DNA of 64,000 nt from Acholeplasmataceae bacterium (GTDB lineage: Bacteria; Bacillota_I; Bacilli_A; Acholeplasmatales; Acholeplasmataceae). Positions within the stretch are counted from its first letter, which is position 1; every line of letters begins with the position of its first letter. The notes below the pieces were generated by a model, which saw only the letters and a list, made by a program, of their open reading frames with translations, searched no databases and had not been told where the DNA came from. Both the position numbers and the translations under genes were made by a program. Below, in pieces: positions 42,333-52,836 of this stretch. Location of the stretch: the NCBI GenBank assembly GCA_963667565.1, contig OY763415.1:1120001-1184000 (forward strand). The letters run 5' to 3'.

Positions 42333-42811
42333 AATAAACCCTCAATATCTTTTATGATGATGTGTTCTTTAACAGAGACCACAAATTCATTACGAAATGG
42401 GATGAGTGATTTTTTATCTTTTGTTTTTATTTCCAAAAGATGTCCTTGAGGTACTTCAATCACACTAATGACAAATCCTACTTTTTCACCATTTTCTAAG
42501 AATACATCTTTTTTAATGAGTTCATCATAATAGTATTCATCATCTTCAATACTTTCGCTTTTTTCGCTTGCATAAACAAACAATCCTTTAAATGGTAATA
42601 CTTCATTAATATTTTCAAATGATCTAAATTTAACAATCAAAATATTTTTATGAGGTCTTACGCGTTCTATGATTAATGGTTTATACGTGTTATTAGATTC
42701 TAAAACATAGATTGTTTCATTTGCTTCAAAGCGATCAAAATCACTTAAATTGTAAATGTTGACTTCGCCTTTTATGCCATGTGTATTAACAATTTTTCCA
42801 ATTTGATACAT
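42329..42811 (-). CDS. rimM: ribosome maturation factor RimM
   Basis: IGKIVNTHGIKGEV, EYYYDEL, LIPF; position in rpsP-trmD operon. Confidence 0.95.
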   Translation of the reverse strand: MYQIGKIVNTHGIKGEVNIYNLSDFDRFEANETIYVLESNNTYKPLIIERVRPHKNILIVKFRSFENINEVLPFKGLFVYASEKSESIEDDEYYYDELIKKDVFLENGEKVGFVISVIEVPQGHLLEIKTKDKKSLIPFRNEFVVSVKEHIIIKDIEGLL

Positions 42812-42823
42812 ATTAATCTCTCA

Positions 42824-43072
42824 TTAAAATGAGTCAATATCAATGTGGACATGTTTATGCTCTCTTGATGCACCTGCATAAACGATGGTTCTCATTGCAC
42901 TTGCAATTTTACCACCTTTGCCAATGACACGACCTAAATCAGCTTCATTAACTAGAAGTTGGATGTTTATTGAATCTTCATCAGAAGATAAAACTTTTAC
43001 TAAAACATCATCTGGGTTAACGACTAATGGCACAATCATGTTTTTGATTAATTTTTCAAAATCTATAGCCAT
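42824..43072 (-). CDS. khpA: KH domain RNA-binding protein KhpA (YlqC)
   Basis: DLGRVIGKGG; between rpsP and rimM. Confidence 0.9.
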   Translation of the reverse strand: MAIDFEKLIKNMIVPLVVNPDDVLVKVLSSDEDSINIQLLVNEADLGRVIGKGGKIASAMRTIVYAGASREHKHVHIDIDSF

Positions 43073-43089
43073 AACGATTCCCCCTTTAA

Positions 43090-43332
43090 TTATTTGCTTA
43101 ATACGTTGTATTTCTTAAATAAACTCTTTACAGTATCAGTAGGTTGAGCACCATTGTCTAGCCATTTTTGTACTTTTTCTGCACTGATAGAAACTTCACC
43201 TTTTAATGGTTCATATGTTCCTACGATTTCTAAGAATTTTCCATCTCTTGCTCTACTTGATTCACTTGCTACAACTCTGTAAAAAGGTTTCTTGTGAGAA
43301 CCAAAACGTTGTAAACGAATTTTAACTGCCAT
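43090..43332 (-). CDS. rpsP: 30S ribosomal protein S16
   Basis: [26 protein letters not shown]. Confidence 0.97.
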   Translation of the reverse strand: MAVKIRLQRFGSHKKPFYRVVASESSRARDGKFLEIVGTYEPLKGEVSISAEKVQKWLDNGAQPTDTVKSLFKKYNVLSK

Positions 43333-43414
43333 ATTTTGTTACACTCTCTTTCTTACATATTACATAGATATTATACAATATTTTTTCAATCTGTCAAGCC
43401 TTTTTACTTAACAG

Positions 43415-43642
43415 TTAAAAGTTTCTTGTTTCATCATATAATTGTGATAATGAGAAACCTTTAAATCCTTTTAATTTTTTAAGTTGTTTGCGAATGTTTT
43501 CTTCTTCTTTCTTATCCGCATAAACAACTACATAATTTGATTTACCCGATTGATAAGCGATATCAAGAGGAAGTGATTCTAAACTGTCTATAAAATCTTT
43601 CCCTTTGAAAAAAATAACATAAGATGCTCTTTCAGCCAACAT
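43415..43642 (-). CDS. YlbG/DUF2129 family protein
   Basis: 75-aa basic protein with YVV.Y motif, downstream of ylbF-like gene as in Bacilli. Confidence 0.65.
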   Translation of the reverse strand: MLAERASYVIFFKGKDFIDSLESLPLDIAYQSGKSNYVVVYADKKEEENIRKQLKKLKGFKGFSLSQLYDETRNF

Positions 43643-44024
43643 GACAGCTACCTCCTTTTTTTACAATACCAAATGCATTTGGGCTTGGAATATTATCAGA
43701 AATGATGGATGTCATTTCAAATATGTAATCGTTAAGTTCCTTTTCAAATTCACGTTCCAAAGTGATATATTTGTCAACTTCTTTTTGATTGTATAAATGA
43801 GACTTAGTTTCACTAAGTTCTTTTGATACATCTTTGTAATCTGGATGATATTTTCCACCAGTATTCATCACATCTTGATATTTCAATTTTGCACGTTCAA
43901 ATAATTCTATTTCTTTTGGATATAATTGATCGATGCTCTTATTTAATCTTACGATTTCTTTAAGTGATGATGTTTCAACAATTTCTTCTGCAACATCATA
44001 TGCTTTCATAATGATTTCAGTCAA
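43632..44024 (-). CDS. YlbF family regulator
   Basis: G.YHPDY motif and C-terminal GGSC. Confidence 0.8.
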   Translation of the reverse strand: MTEIIMKAYDVAEEIVETSSLKEIVRLNKSIDQLYPKEIELFERAKLKYQDVMNTGGKYHPDYKDVSKELSETKSHLYNQKEVDKYITLEREFEKELNDYIFEMTSIISDNIPSPNAFGIVKKGGSCHVG

Positions 44025-44709
44025 AGATATCTTCCTTTCTAATTTCTTTATATGTACCTTCTTCTATATCTTTTAAAAGAAGTTTTCCTATCTTAATTCT
44101 CTTTAATTGTAACACTTTATAACCAATCGCTTCAAACATCCGCTTCACTTGATGAAATTTGCCTTCATCAATAGTGATTTGTGCACTCAAACCTTCAAAT
44201 GAAACATGTGATGCTTTTGCTAAATATGCTTCTTTTTTATCATCAAGAATCATAACGCCTTGAAGGAGCATATCGCATTTTTCAAAAGTCAGTACATCAT
44301 CTAATGTTGCAATATAGACTTTGTCTACATGTTTTTTGGGATGCGTGATCTCATGAATAAACTGACCATCTGTTGTAAGTATAATCAAGCCAGTCGTATC
44401 TATATCAAGTCTACCTGCGATAGAAAAATTAAATCGGTTATATGGCTCTTTTAATAAATCGGTTATACATGGATGTTTTTGATCTTTTGTTGCAGAAATA
44501 TATCCTTTAGGCTTGTTAAGTGCTAAATAGATTGGATCATTGTAATATAATTTAACTTCATCAATATATATATCCAAAAAAGGATCTACATTGAAACTAG
44601 GATCCATGATACGTATACCTTGATACATAATGTGGTGTTTTTTCATAAAAGATCTTGTTTGACTTCTACTTACATATTTAAGTTCTGATAACAACTTATC
44701 GATACGCAT
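44017..44709 (-). CDS. RsuA-family pseudouridine synthase
   Basis: MRIDK S4 start, NKPKGYISAT, GRLDIDTTGL, EGKFHQVKRMF; ATG at 44709. Confidence 0.92.
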   Translation of the reverse strand: MRIDKLLSELKYVSRSQTRSFMKKHHIMYQGIRIMDPSFNVDPFLDIYIDEVKLYYNDPIYLALNKPKGYISATKDQKHPCITDLLKEPYNRFNFSIAGRLDIDTTGLIILTTDGQFIHEITHPKKHVDKVYIATLDDVLTFEKCDMLLQGVMILDDKKEAYLAKASHVSFEGLSAQITIDEGKFHQVKRMFEAIGYKVLQLKRIKIGKLLLKDIEEGTYKEIRKEDIFD

Positions 44710-44752
44710 TATATACTCCTTGTGATATAATTTAAATAAGAGGTGAATATCC

Positions 44753-45325
44753 ATGATTTTAATGAAAGATATCATAAGAGAAGGTCATAAGACACTCACA
44801 ACTGTTGCTAAAGAAGTTAAATTACCCTTAAGCAAAACAGATAAAAAACTATTAAAAGATTTATTACAATATGTAAAAAATTCTCAAGATCCTGATTTCG
44901 TTGAAAAATATCAAATCAGACCAGCTGTAGGTATTGCAGCACCTCAAGTTAATCAATCAAAACGCATGTTTGCAGTTCATGTTGAAGATTTTGATGGTGT
45001 TCTATATTCATATGCTTTAGTTAATCCTAAAATTACTAAGAAAAGTACTTCACTGATATACTTACCTGGTGGCGAAGGTTGCTTAAGCGTTGATAGAGAA
45101 ACCGAAGGATTAACGCCTAGATATGAATCCATTACGATTGAATCATTAGCTTACGATGAAGCAACCGATAAATTATTTCCTATTAAATTAGATTTAAATG
45201 GATATATCGGAATTGTATTTCAACATGAATATGATCATATCGATGGTATTTTATACGTTTCTAAATTATTCCCATCAATTCCTAATGCAAAACCTGCTTT
45301 TGAATTTACTACTGAAGAGAACTAA
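44753..45325 (+). CDS. def: peptide deformylase
   Basis: GIAAPQ, EGCLSV, QHEYDH. Confidence 0.96.
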   Translation: MILMKDIIREGHKTLTTVAKEVKLPLSKTDKKLLKDLLQYVKNSQDPDFVEKYQIRPAVGIAAPQVNQSKRMFAVHVEDFDGVLYSYALVNPKITKKSTSLIYLPGGEGCLSVDRETEGLTPRYESITIESLAYDEATDKLFPIKLDLNGYIGIVFQHEYDHIDGILYVSKLFPSIPNAKPAFEFTTEEN

Positions 45326-46231
45326 TTATTTAAACAACATATTTAATAATTTAATCTGATTATCTAAAATGTCATCATAGGTGGCATTTTTTGTTTCTTC
45401 ATTTGGAAAAATCACTTTAGATATTTCATTTCTTTGGTTCTCTTTTTGCTTATTTTGTTTAGATTGAAATAATGCTTTGAAACCTTTAGGCTTTGGTGTT
45501 TCTTCAAATATTTCTTTATAAAATTGATTATCAATTAATAAAAAGCCTTTATAGTTGTCTCTCATCAATTTCTTAAATAAAGATACGACATCAGCTTTCC
45601 CATAACCAAGTAATTTTGGAATGCCATCTTTAGTCGCATCATGACATGCAAAAGCTGCAATATGTTTTTTTAATAATCTATAATTGGTTGTAGTCGATTG
45701 ATCTTGTGTCATGATATGAACTGGATCAAACAAAATAGATAATACATTGGTTTTATATTTTTTAAAAATATATGTATATGTATTTAATTTATAATCAGAT
45801 GTTGGATATAAAATGATTTTTTTGCCTGCTTTATTTGCTAAATTGACAAAATCTTCAAGTCTTTTTTCAACATTTGGATATTCATCAATAATGTCGTTAA
45901 ATTTAAATAATCTTAAATAAATATGCGTAGCTTTAACTTTGTTCGCGATTTTAAGTGCATATCTAAATTGATCTAAAGCCTCTTCATGATGGTTTTGATT
46001 ATCCATTTTATATGGTTTGATTTCAGGATCAATAATGCTTACTTTCATTTTATGATCTTTAAGTAAATCTGTGATATGCTTTATTTGTTTTTCATCAACT
46101 TCAAATATATCCTTATGCTGATTAAATCTAATACATAATGTATCTAATTGATGCTTTTCAGCTAAATCAATTTGTTCTTCAATTGATAAGTTTTTATCGT
46201 GATCTAAAAAACCAGTAATTTTTGCTTTCAT
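45326..46231 (-). CDS. sugar phosphate isomerase/epimerase-like TIM barrel protein (degenerate metal ligands)
   Basis: FDP.H, ACHDA, G.G..D pattern of the AP-endonuclease-2/xylose isomerase-like family. Confidence 0.65.
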   Translation of the reverse strand: MKAKITGFLDHDKNLSIEEQIDLAEKHQLDTLCIRFNQHKDIFEVDEKQIKHITDLLKDHKMKVSIIDPEIKPYKMDNQNHHEEALDQFRYALKIANKVKATHIYLRLFKFNDIIDEYPNVEKRLEDFVNLANKAGKKIILYPTSDYKLNTYTYIFKKYKTNVLSILFDPVHIMTQDQSTTTNYRLLKKHIAAFACHDATKDGIPKLLGYGKADVVSLFKKLMRDNYKGFLLIDNQFYKEIFEETPKPKGFKALFQSKQNKQKENQRNEISKVIFPNEETKNATYDDILDNQIKLLNMLFK

Positions 46232-46932
46232 CAAAAATTCCTCCATTCATACATGATAATTGCGCCAGCAACACTGACATTCAAACTTTCAACATGTTTA
46301 GTTTCGATAGTTACAAATTGATCAATAAGTGGTTTGATATTGTTATTTATACCATGTCCTTCATTTCCTAAAATAAGCGCTATTTTTTGATGTTCTACAT
46401 GTACATCATGACTTTGATGCGCATCAGCACCAACAATATAAAACCCATTTTCTTTTAAATCTTTAAGTGCTTCATCAAGCGGTTTTCTTTCGATAAAACA
46501 TTGAAATAACGCACCTTTAGAAGCCCTGATTGTTTTCTCGTTATAAATGTCTGCACTTTGATGACTTAAAATGATATGATTAAAACCAAATGCCGATGCA
46601 CTTCTTAACAATGCACCTACATTGTCTGGGTCTTGTACATCATCTAAAACAAGAACTCTATCAGATGATATAATTGGATTTAATTTTTTGCATAATCCAA
46701 TCTCATCAATCCATGAAGATGTTTGTTGAAGATCTTTCATGAGTTCTTCTGAAATCAAGATTCCTTCTTTTTCTTCATTAGATGTGATTACATCAACGAG
46801 TGCATTGTTTTCTTTTGCAAGTTCAATTAAATGTTTACCATAAACTAAAAACATTTGCTCTATGTCTCTATATTTTTTGGTTTTTAATTTGACCCAAGTC
46901 TTAAATTGTTTATTTTGTTTAGAGAGAATCAA
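46231..46932 (-). CDS. TrmH/SpoU family RNA methyltransferase
   Basis: VQDPDNVGALLRSA, GNEGHG, ESLNVSVA. Confidence 0.92.
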   Translation of the reverse strand: MILSKQNKQFKTWVKLKTKKYRDIEQMFLVYGKHLIELAKENNALVDVITSNEEKEGILISEELMKDLQQTSSWIDEIGLCKKLNPIISSDRVLVLDDVQDPDNVGALLRSASAFGFNHIILSHQSADIYNEKTIRASKGALFQCFIERKPLDEALKDLKENGFYIVGADAHQSHDVHVEHQKIALILGNEGHGINNNIKPLIDQFVTIETKHVESLNVSVAGAIIMYEWRNF

Positions 46933-48184
46933 TAGTCTCAGCTCTTTCTTTTAAATAGTTTTGATATGCTTCTTTAACATCAAATCCATAATCTTGAATT
47001 TGAAAATCAAAGTCTTTTGTGATCACTAAAGTGATGATACCTTCAAAAGCTTGTTCTAATTGTTTCATTTGAATAGCTCTTTCATATTTTTCAGCATAAT
47101 GAACCTTAGGTTTAGTCACTGGATTTTTTGGCACATAAACGCTGCAACAATCATTAAAAGGTCTTATTGATATTTCATACGTGCCTATTTTTTTTGATAA
47201 TTCAATGGTTTCTATTTTATCGTAAGTAATCAGTGGTCTTAAAATCGGAAGTTTAGTTACAGCTTCAATAGCTCTCATACTTTCCAAGGTTTGGCTAGCG
47301 ACCTGTCCTACAGATTCACCATTAATTAAGCAAATATCTTTTTGTTTGATAGCAACCATTTCAGCAATCTTATACATCATCCGTCTCATTACTGTAATGA
47401 TATATGGATCATATACATCTTTCAATAAAGTCTCATGAATATCAATAAACGGAACTAAATGTAACTTGATTTTTCCAGGTCCTGTGAATGATGCCAGCAC
47501 TTTTGATAAATCAATCACTTTTTGAACAGATTCCAATGGGGTAAGTGGTGTCGATTCAAAATGAATGAGTTCTACTTCTACACCTTGTTTCATAGCAAGA
47601 TATGTTGCAATCGGACTATCAAGTCCACCACTCATCATCATGAGTCCTTTTCCTGCAACACCATATGGAAATCCACCCATCATCATGATTTGATTCAAAT
47701 ATATAAATGTTTGTTCTTTTCTAATCTCAATATTAAGAATTTGATCTGGATGATGGACATCGACCATGATAGATTTGTCATATGCTTTTAATATTTTAGG
47801 AGCAATCAGCTTAGTAAACTCTAAACTTGTATATGGAAACAGTTTATCTGCTCTTTTAGTCTCAATTTTAATCGTGTGATCTTTAGGTGTTAAATATTGA
47901 TTTAAAACCTGTACAGATACTTTGACGATATCTTCAATTTCATTGGTAGAATTAAAGATGACACTAATAGAGTAAATACCCGGAATCTTCTTTAATTCAC
48001 TTATTATTTTTTCTTCATCTTCTTCATTGTAATTCACATAGATACGATCATGAGGTAACTCATATGAAACATCATATGGTTTTAGATTATGTCTGACATG
48101 CTGTCTCACCGCTCTAATGAAAAAACCAATGTTTTTGCCTTTGAGCATCAAGTCTCCAAATCGTATTAATATTTTTTTCTTCAT
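46919..48184 (-). CDS. thiI: tRNA 4-thiouridine synthase ThiI
   Basis: THUMP domain, SGGLDS PP-loop, GESVGQVASQT, RPL, DCC. Confidence 0.95.
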   Translation of the reverse strand: MKKKILIRFGDLMLKGKNIGFFIRAVRQHVRHNLKPYDVSYELPHDRIYVNYNEEDEEKIISELKKIPGIYSISVIFNSTNEIEDIVKVSVQVLNQYLTPKDHTIKIETKRADKLFPYTSLEFTKLIAPKILKAYDKSIMVDVHHPDQILNIEIRKEQTFIYLNQIMMMGGFPYGVAGKGLMMMSGGLDSPIATYLAMKQGVEVELIHFESTPLTPLESVQKVIDLSKVLASFTGPGKIKLHLVPFIDIHETLLKDVYDPYIITVMRRMMYKIAEMVAIKQKDICLINGESVGQVASQTLESMRAIEAVTKLPILRPLITYDKIETIELSKKIGTYEISIRPFNDCCSVYVPKNPVTKPKVHYAEKYERAIQMKQLEQAFEGIITLVITKDFDFQIQDYGFDVKEAYQNYLKERAETIDSL

Positions 48185-48238
48185 TTTATCACCATATACT
48201 ATTTTACCACATATGATATAATAAATTGGGTGATAGAT

Positions 48239-48697
48239 ATGAATTATAATGAATTATTACAAACTGCAGAAACCTTATTTGAAGATCAACCAAATCGCAT
48301 TTCTTTATTATCAAATGCTTCAGCTTTTTTAAATGAAGTGCTAGATCAAATGAATTGGATTGGATTTTATTTATATGATGGAAACAAGTTAACTGTTGGC
48401 CCTTTTCAAGGACGTGTTGCTTGTGCAACCATCGAACTTGGTATGGGTGTATGTGGAGAAGCTGCCATTAAAAAACAAACCATGTATGTATCAGATGTAT
48501 TAAATCATTCTAATCACATCGCATGCGATTCAAATAGCCGAAGTGAGGTCGTTATCCCGATGTATATCAATAACACTCTATTTGGCGTTTTAGACATTGA
48601 TAGTCCAATCTTGAATCGTTTTGATGAGGCACTCATCGCATTTTTAGAAAACATCACACGAATATTGTTAAAACAATTGACTTTTAATACCCTATAG
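48239..48697 (+). CDS. msrC: GAF-domain free methionine-R-sulfoxide reductase (YtsP/MsrC-like)
   Basis: NWIGFY, GPFQG..AC, GVCG, HIACD, SEVVIP, LDIDS. Confidence 0.88.
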   Translation: MNYNELLQTAETLFEDQPNRISLLSNASAFLNEVLDQMNWIGFYLYDGNKLTVGPFQGRVACATIELGMGVCGEAAIKKQTMYVSDVLNHSNHIACDSNSRSEVVIPMYINNTLFGVLDIDSPILNRFDEALIAFLENITRILLKQLTFNTL

Positions 48698-48860
48698 GGT
48701 AAAATTAATGGCGTCGGTAAAAAGCAGGCAAATTTTTAAATAAGAAGATATCCCTACTCTATAGGAGCCCTAAGTAACCTTTCTGCTTTAAGGTGAAAAG
48801 AACATCGGGATTAGCTTGTTCTTAAAAAATTGTATTTTTACCACCAAATCTAAAAGGAGG
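48677..48860 (+). promoter_or_regulatory. rpsD promoter and long structured leader (probable S4 autoregulatory leader)
   Basis: TTGACT-17-TAAAAT (48677-48705) then ~160-nt untranslated leader. Confidence 0.6.
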
Positions 48861-48869
48861 TAAAAAAAT

Positions 48870-49469
48870 ATGTCACGTTATGTAGGACCAACTTGGAAAA
48901 TCTCAAGACGTTTAGGTTATTCATTATCAGAAACTGGTAAAGAATTACAAAAACGCCCATATGCACCAGGACAACATGGTAAACGTCGTAGTAAAATAAG
49001 CGACTACGGTCAACAGTTACAAGAAAAACAAAAAGTTAGATTCACTTATGGTATTTCTGAAAAACAATTTAGAAAAACATTTGATGAAGCCGGAAAACTT
49101 AAAGGTATTCACGGTGAAAACTTCTTGAAATATCTTGAAGCTAGATTAGATAATGTAGTTTATCGTTTAGGTTTAGCGCGTACAAGAGCACAAGCTAGAC
49201 AAATCGTAAACCATGGTCACATCTTAGTTGATGGTAAAAAAGTAGATATTCCATCATACCGTTTAGTACCAGGACAAAAAATTCAACTTAGAGAAAAATC
49301 TAATGGATTAAAAATTGTTGCTGAAGCTCTAGAAGCTCAATTCGCAACTGTTGAATTTGTTGATTTCAACAAAGAAACAAACGTTGGTACATTCGTTAGA
49401 TACCCTGAAAGAAATGAAATTCTTCCAGATATTAACGAACAATTAATTGTCGAATTCTATAACAGATAA
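48870..49469 (+). CDS. rpsD: 30S ribosomal protein S4
   Basis: [37 protein letters not shown]. Confidence 0.98.
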   Translation: MSRYVGPTWKISRRLGYSLSETGKELQKRPYAPGQHGKRRSKISDYGQQLQEKQKVRFTYGISEKQFRKTFDEAGKLKGIHGENFLKYLEARLDNVVYRLGLARTRAQARQIVNHGHILVDGKKVDIPSYRLVPGQKIQLREKSNGLKIVAEALEAQFATVEFVDFNKETNVGTFVRYPERNEILPDINEQLIVEFYNR

Positions 49470-49547
49470 TTAAAAAACAAAAATAAAAACTTATAGTTTA
49501 TTCTATAAGTTTTTTTTATGCATAAAAAAAATCCTTCTATTGAAGGA

Positions 49548-50309
49548 TTATTTATTAAGTGCAGCTTTAGCAAGTGCTAAAAATGAAGCAGGATCTAATG
49601 AAGCACCACCAATGAGGGCTCCATCAATATCACTTTGTGCAAGTAATTCATCAATATTTGATGGCTTAACTGAGCCACCATATAAGATTCTTAATTGATT
49701 TGCAACATGTTCATTATATAATTTTTTGACAACATTTCTAATTGCTTTTATTGTTTCATTTGCTTGTTCTTTAGTCGCAGTTTTACCTGTACCAATAGCC
49801 CAAATTGGCTCATATGCAATGATTGTTTGAAGTGCTTCTTCAGCACTTACATTTAGATATGCTTTAACTACTTGTGCTTCTACAACTTCATCAGTTGTTC
49901 CGGCTTCTCTAATTTCTAATGATTCACCCACACAAACAATAGGTGTGATTTCTGATGCTACAGCTTTCTTTAATTTAAGATTTACTGTTTCATCTGTTTC
50001 ATTATAGTAAGCTCTTCTTTCACTATGTCCAATAACGGCATATGTAACACCATATGATTTTAACATAGGGGCAGAAATCTCACCTGTATATGCACCTTCA
50101 TCTAAATAATGCATATTTTGTGCACCAATCGCAAGGTTTTCACCTTCACGTTTAACTAAGTCTCTCAAAAAAATTGCAGGTGCGCAAATGACTGTTTCAA
50201 CATCTTCTTTTGCTGGTAATTCTTGGTTTACTGCATAAATAAAAGCAAGCGCGTCGTCTTTTGTTTTATACATCTTCCAATTTCCAGCAATAACTGGTCT
50301 TCTACTCAT
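49548..50309 (-). CDS. tpiA: triosephosphate isomerase
   Basis: AGNWKM, GHSERR, AYEPIWAIGTG, YGGSV, LIGGASL. Confidence 0.98.
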   Translation of the reverse strand: MSRRPVIAGNWKMYKTKDDALAFIYAVNQELPAKEDVETVICAPAIFLRDLVKREGENLAIGAQNMHYLDEGAYTGEISAPMLKSYGVTYAVIGHSERRAYYNETDETVNLKLKKAVASEITPIVCVGESLEIREAGTTDEVVEAQVVKAYLNVSAEEALQTIIAYEPIWAIGTGKTATKEQANETIKAIRNVVKKLYNEHVANQLRILYGGSVKPSNIDELLAQSDIDGALIGGASLDPASFLALAKAALNK

Positions 50310-50310
50310 A

Positions 50311-50556
50311 TTATCCTAAGATTGAAGAAACATCTTTGATTGCTTCTTCAGCTCTAGATCCTTTTGCTACAATTTTAACGTTTTCCCCATAAGGCACTGC
50401 GAGAGACATAAGTGCCAAAATTGATTTAAGGTCAACAATTTTATCCTTGTAATGTAATTCAATATCAACTGCATACTTTGAAGCGGTTTGTACTACTTTT
50501 GCAGCTAACTGTGCATGTAATCCAGCAGTACTTTTGATCGTAATTTCTTTTTCCAT
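50311..50556 (-). CDS. HPr family phosphocarrier protein (non-canonical GLHAQL)
   Basis: GLHA His site and DLKSILALMSL Ser46-type site. Confidence 0.85.
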   Translation of the reverse strand: MEKEITIKSTAGLHAQLAAKVVQTASKYAVDIELHYKDKIVDLKSILALMSLAVPYGENVKIVAKGSRAEEAIKDVSSILG

Positions 50557-50569
50557 TTTAAACTCCTTT

Positions 50570-51112
50570 TTAAAACATTGGTGGTGTGCTTATCCACAAT
50601 ATTTTTGTGTGTTGATTTGATTGATTCAACAAATAATGTTCTTTGTTTGCTAAGTAATAGAAAGTTTCACCTTTTCTAATCACATAACGTTTTTTATTAA
50701 GGACTAAAATCACTTGTCCTTCTAATACATAACCAAATTCTTCGCCCGGATGTGGATCATCTATTTCTGATTGTCCTCCCGGTTCTATATCAATGATAAT
50801 TGGTTCCATTTCATATTTTAACGCATTAGGAACAATCCAACTAATCATATGCTTAAGTTGTTCATTTTCTTTCTCATAAAAATCATCTTTCTTAAATACA
50901 ACTGTTTGTTCTTCTTCTAATGAGAAAAATTGATGAACATCTGTACCTAAAACTTCAAGTAAAGAAAAGAATGTTTGCATAGAGGGTGAAGTTAAATTAT
51001 TTTCAAGTTGTGAAATGTATCCCTTGGTTAATTCAAGTCGATTTGCAAGTTCTTCTTGTGTAAGATTATTGCCTAATCTTAACGCTCTGATCTTTTTTCC
51101 AATATCGATCAT
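50570..51112 (-). CDS. XRE-family HTH regulator with C-terminal cupin (PuuR-like)
   Basis: [30 protein letters not shown]. Confidence 0.9.
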   Translation of the reverse strand: MIDIGKKIRALRLGNNLTQEELANRLELTKGYISQLENNLTSPSMQTFFSLLEVLGTDVHQFFSLEEEQTVVFKKDDFYEKENEQLKHMISWIVPNALKYEMEPIIIDIEPGGQSEIDDPHPGEEFGYVLEGQVILVLNKKRYVIRKGETFYYLANKEHYLLNQSNQHTKILWISTPPMF

Positions 51113-52305
51113 TTATTGTCAACGCATTCAATACCTGGAAGCACTTTACCTTCAAGATATTCTAGTGATGCGCCACCACCAGTTGAAATGTGTGTAAATC
51201 CATCAGCTAATCCAAATTGGATTACTGCTGCTGCAGAGTCCCCGCCACCAATAATGGTAGTTGCTTGATCTTTGATATCAACTAATGCTTCTGCAACGCT
51301 TCTTGTACCTTCTGCAAATCTTGGAAATTCAAATACACCAAGTGGTCCATTCCAAACAACTGTTTTTGCTTCTTTAATATATGATTCAAATTTAGCTATT
51401 GTTCTAGGTCCAATATCCATACCCATTTCATCTGCTGGAATACTATCTATGCTTCTTACATTTTTTTCGCTTTCTGGATTAAATTCTTTAGCTGTCATCA
51501 CATCATCACCTAAAGCAATTTTTCCATCTGCTAATTCTAGTAATTCTTTAGCTAAATCTACTTTGTCTGCTTCTAATAAACTCTTACCAATTTCAAAACC
51601 TTGAGCTTTGAAGAATGTATAAGCCATACCACCGCCGATTAAGACATGGTCAGCAATCTTTAATAAATTCTTAATGACTTCAATTTTATCAGACACTTTA
51701 GCGCCACCTAAAATTGCGACAAATGGTCTTTGTGGATTTTCTAATGTTCCACCAATAAAATTGATTTCTTTTTCTAATAAGAATCCAGCTACTGTATTTT
51801 TAATATTATTTGAAATACCAACATTTGAAGCATGTGCTCTATGTGCAGTACCAAATGCATCAATGACTAATAAATCACCAAGTGATGCCCAATATTTACC
51901 TAATTCAGGATCATTTTTACTTTCTTTTTTACCTTCTAAATCTTCAAAACGTGTATTTTCAAACATTAAGATTTCACCATCGTTTAATTGATTGATTGCA
52001 TCTTCAAGTTCTTTTCCTCTGGTTTGTGGAACGAAAGTAACATTTTGATTAAGAAGTTCACTCAATCTTTGTGCCACTGGACGAAGTGTCATTGTTTCCA
52101 AATCTTTTGCTTCTTTAACACGTCCTAGATGTGAGAACACAATTGCTTTTCCACCATTTTCTAAAATATATTTAATGGTTGGTAATGCTTCAACAATTCT
52201 ATTTTCATCTGTGATTTTTCCATCTTTCATTGGAACATTGAAATCAACACGCACTAATACTTTTTTACCTTTTACATCGATGTCTTTTACTGTTTTCTTT
52301 GCCAT
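51109..52305 (-). CDS. pgk: phosphoglycerate kinase
   Basis: [43 protein letters not shown]. Confidence 0.98.
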   Translation of the reverse strand: MAKKTVKDIDVKGKKVLVRVDFNVPMKDGKITDENRIVEALPTIKYILENGGKAIVFSHLGRVKEAKDLETMTLRPVAQRLSELLNQNVTFVPQTRGKELEDAINQLNDGEILMFENTRFEDLEGKKESKNDPELGKYWASLGDLLVIDAFGTAHRAHASNVGISNNIKNTVAGFLLEKEINFIGGTLENPQRPFVAILGGAKVSDKIEVIKNLLKIADHVLIGGGMAYTFFKAQGFEIGKSLLEADKVDLAKELLELADGKIALGDDVMTAKEFNPESEKNVRSIDSIPADEMGMDIGPRTIAKFESYIKEAKTVVWNGPLGVFEFPRFAEGTRSVAEALVDIKDQATTIIGGGDSAAAVIQFGLADGFTHISTGGGASLEYLEGKVLPGIECVDNK

Positions 52306-52386
52306 ATAGATATCCTCCTATATATATGTTATCGTGTGTTTTAACCGAATATATTATATCATTATTTATAGTCATTTTCTATAATA

Positions 52387-52800
52387 TTAGACATGAAAAT
52401 GTTTACTTAACATGTTTCTAATTTGTTTTAAACGATTGTTTTGTTTATTTATTGAATTTAGACTCGTATTTACATATATTTTGTGCATGCTAAAAAAAGT
52501 AATACATACCCCTTCTTCACCCATTCGCATATCTTTGATCAAAACGCTATTGATCCATATATTTTCATAGTTTCTTGTGTTTTCTATAGGAAACAGTTGA
52601 AGAACTTCATCAACATATAATGGAAGTTTGTATGACATATCTAATTTTTTTCTAACTGCTTTTTTATATCCTTCATAAGAAAACAATTTCTCATAACATA
52701 AACTTTTTATGATAGATATCATAGGTTTATTTAAATATAGTATTTCGTTTGTTTTAACAACTTTGGTCATTAAACCTTCATGTTTGATATATTCAATCAT
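52387..52800 (-). CDS. ComK family protein
   Basis: C..LFSYEG...V...L...YKLP.Y....LFP.......WIN pattern typical of the ComK family. Confidence 0.7.
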   Translation of the reverse strand: MIEYIKHEGLMTKVVKTNEILYLNKPMISIIKSLCYEKLFSYEGYKKAVRKKLDMSYKLPLYVDEVLQLFPIENTRNYENIWINSVLIKDMRMGEEGVCITFFSMHKIYVNTSLNSINKQNNRLKQIRNMLSKHFHV

Positions 52801-52811
52801 ATTTTTTCAAT

Positions 52812-52836
52812 AAAAAAAGGCTTATTCAGCCTTTTT
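52812..52836 (-). terminator. intrinsic terminator after the ABC ATPase gene
   Basis: AAAAAGGCT-gaata-AGCCTTTTTTT on minus strand. Confidence 0.7.
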
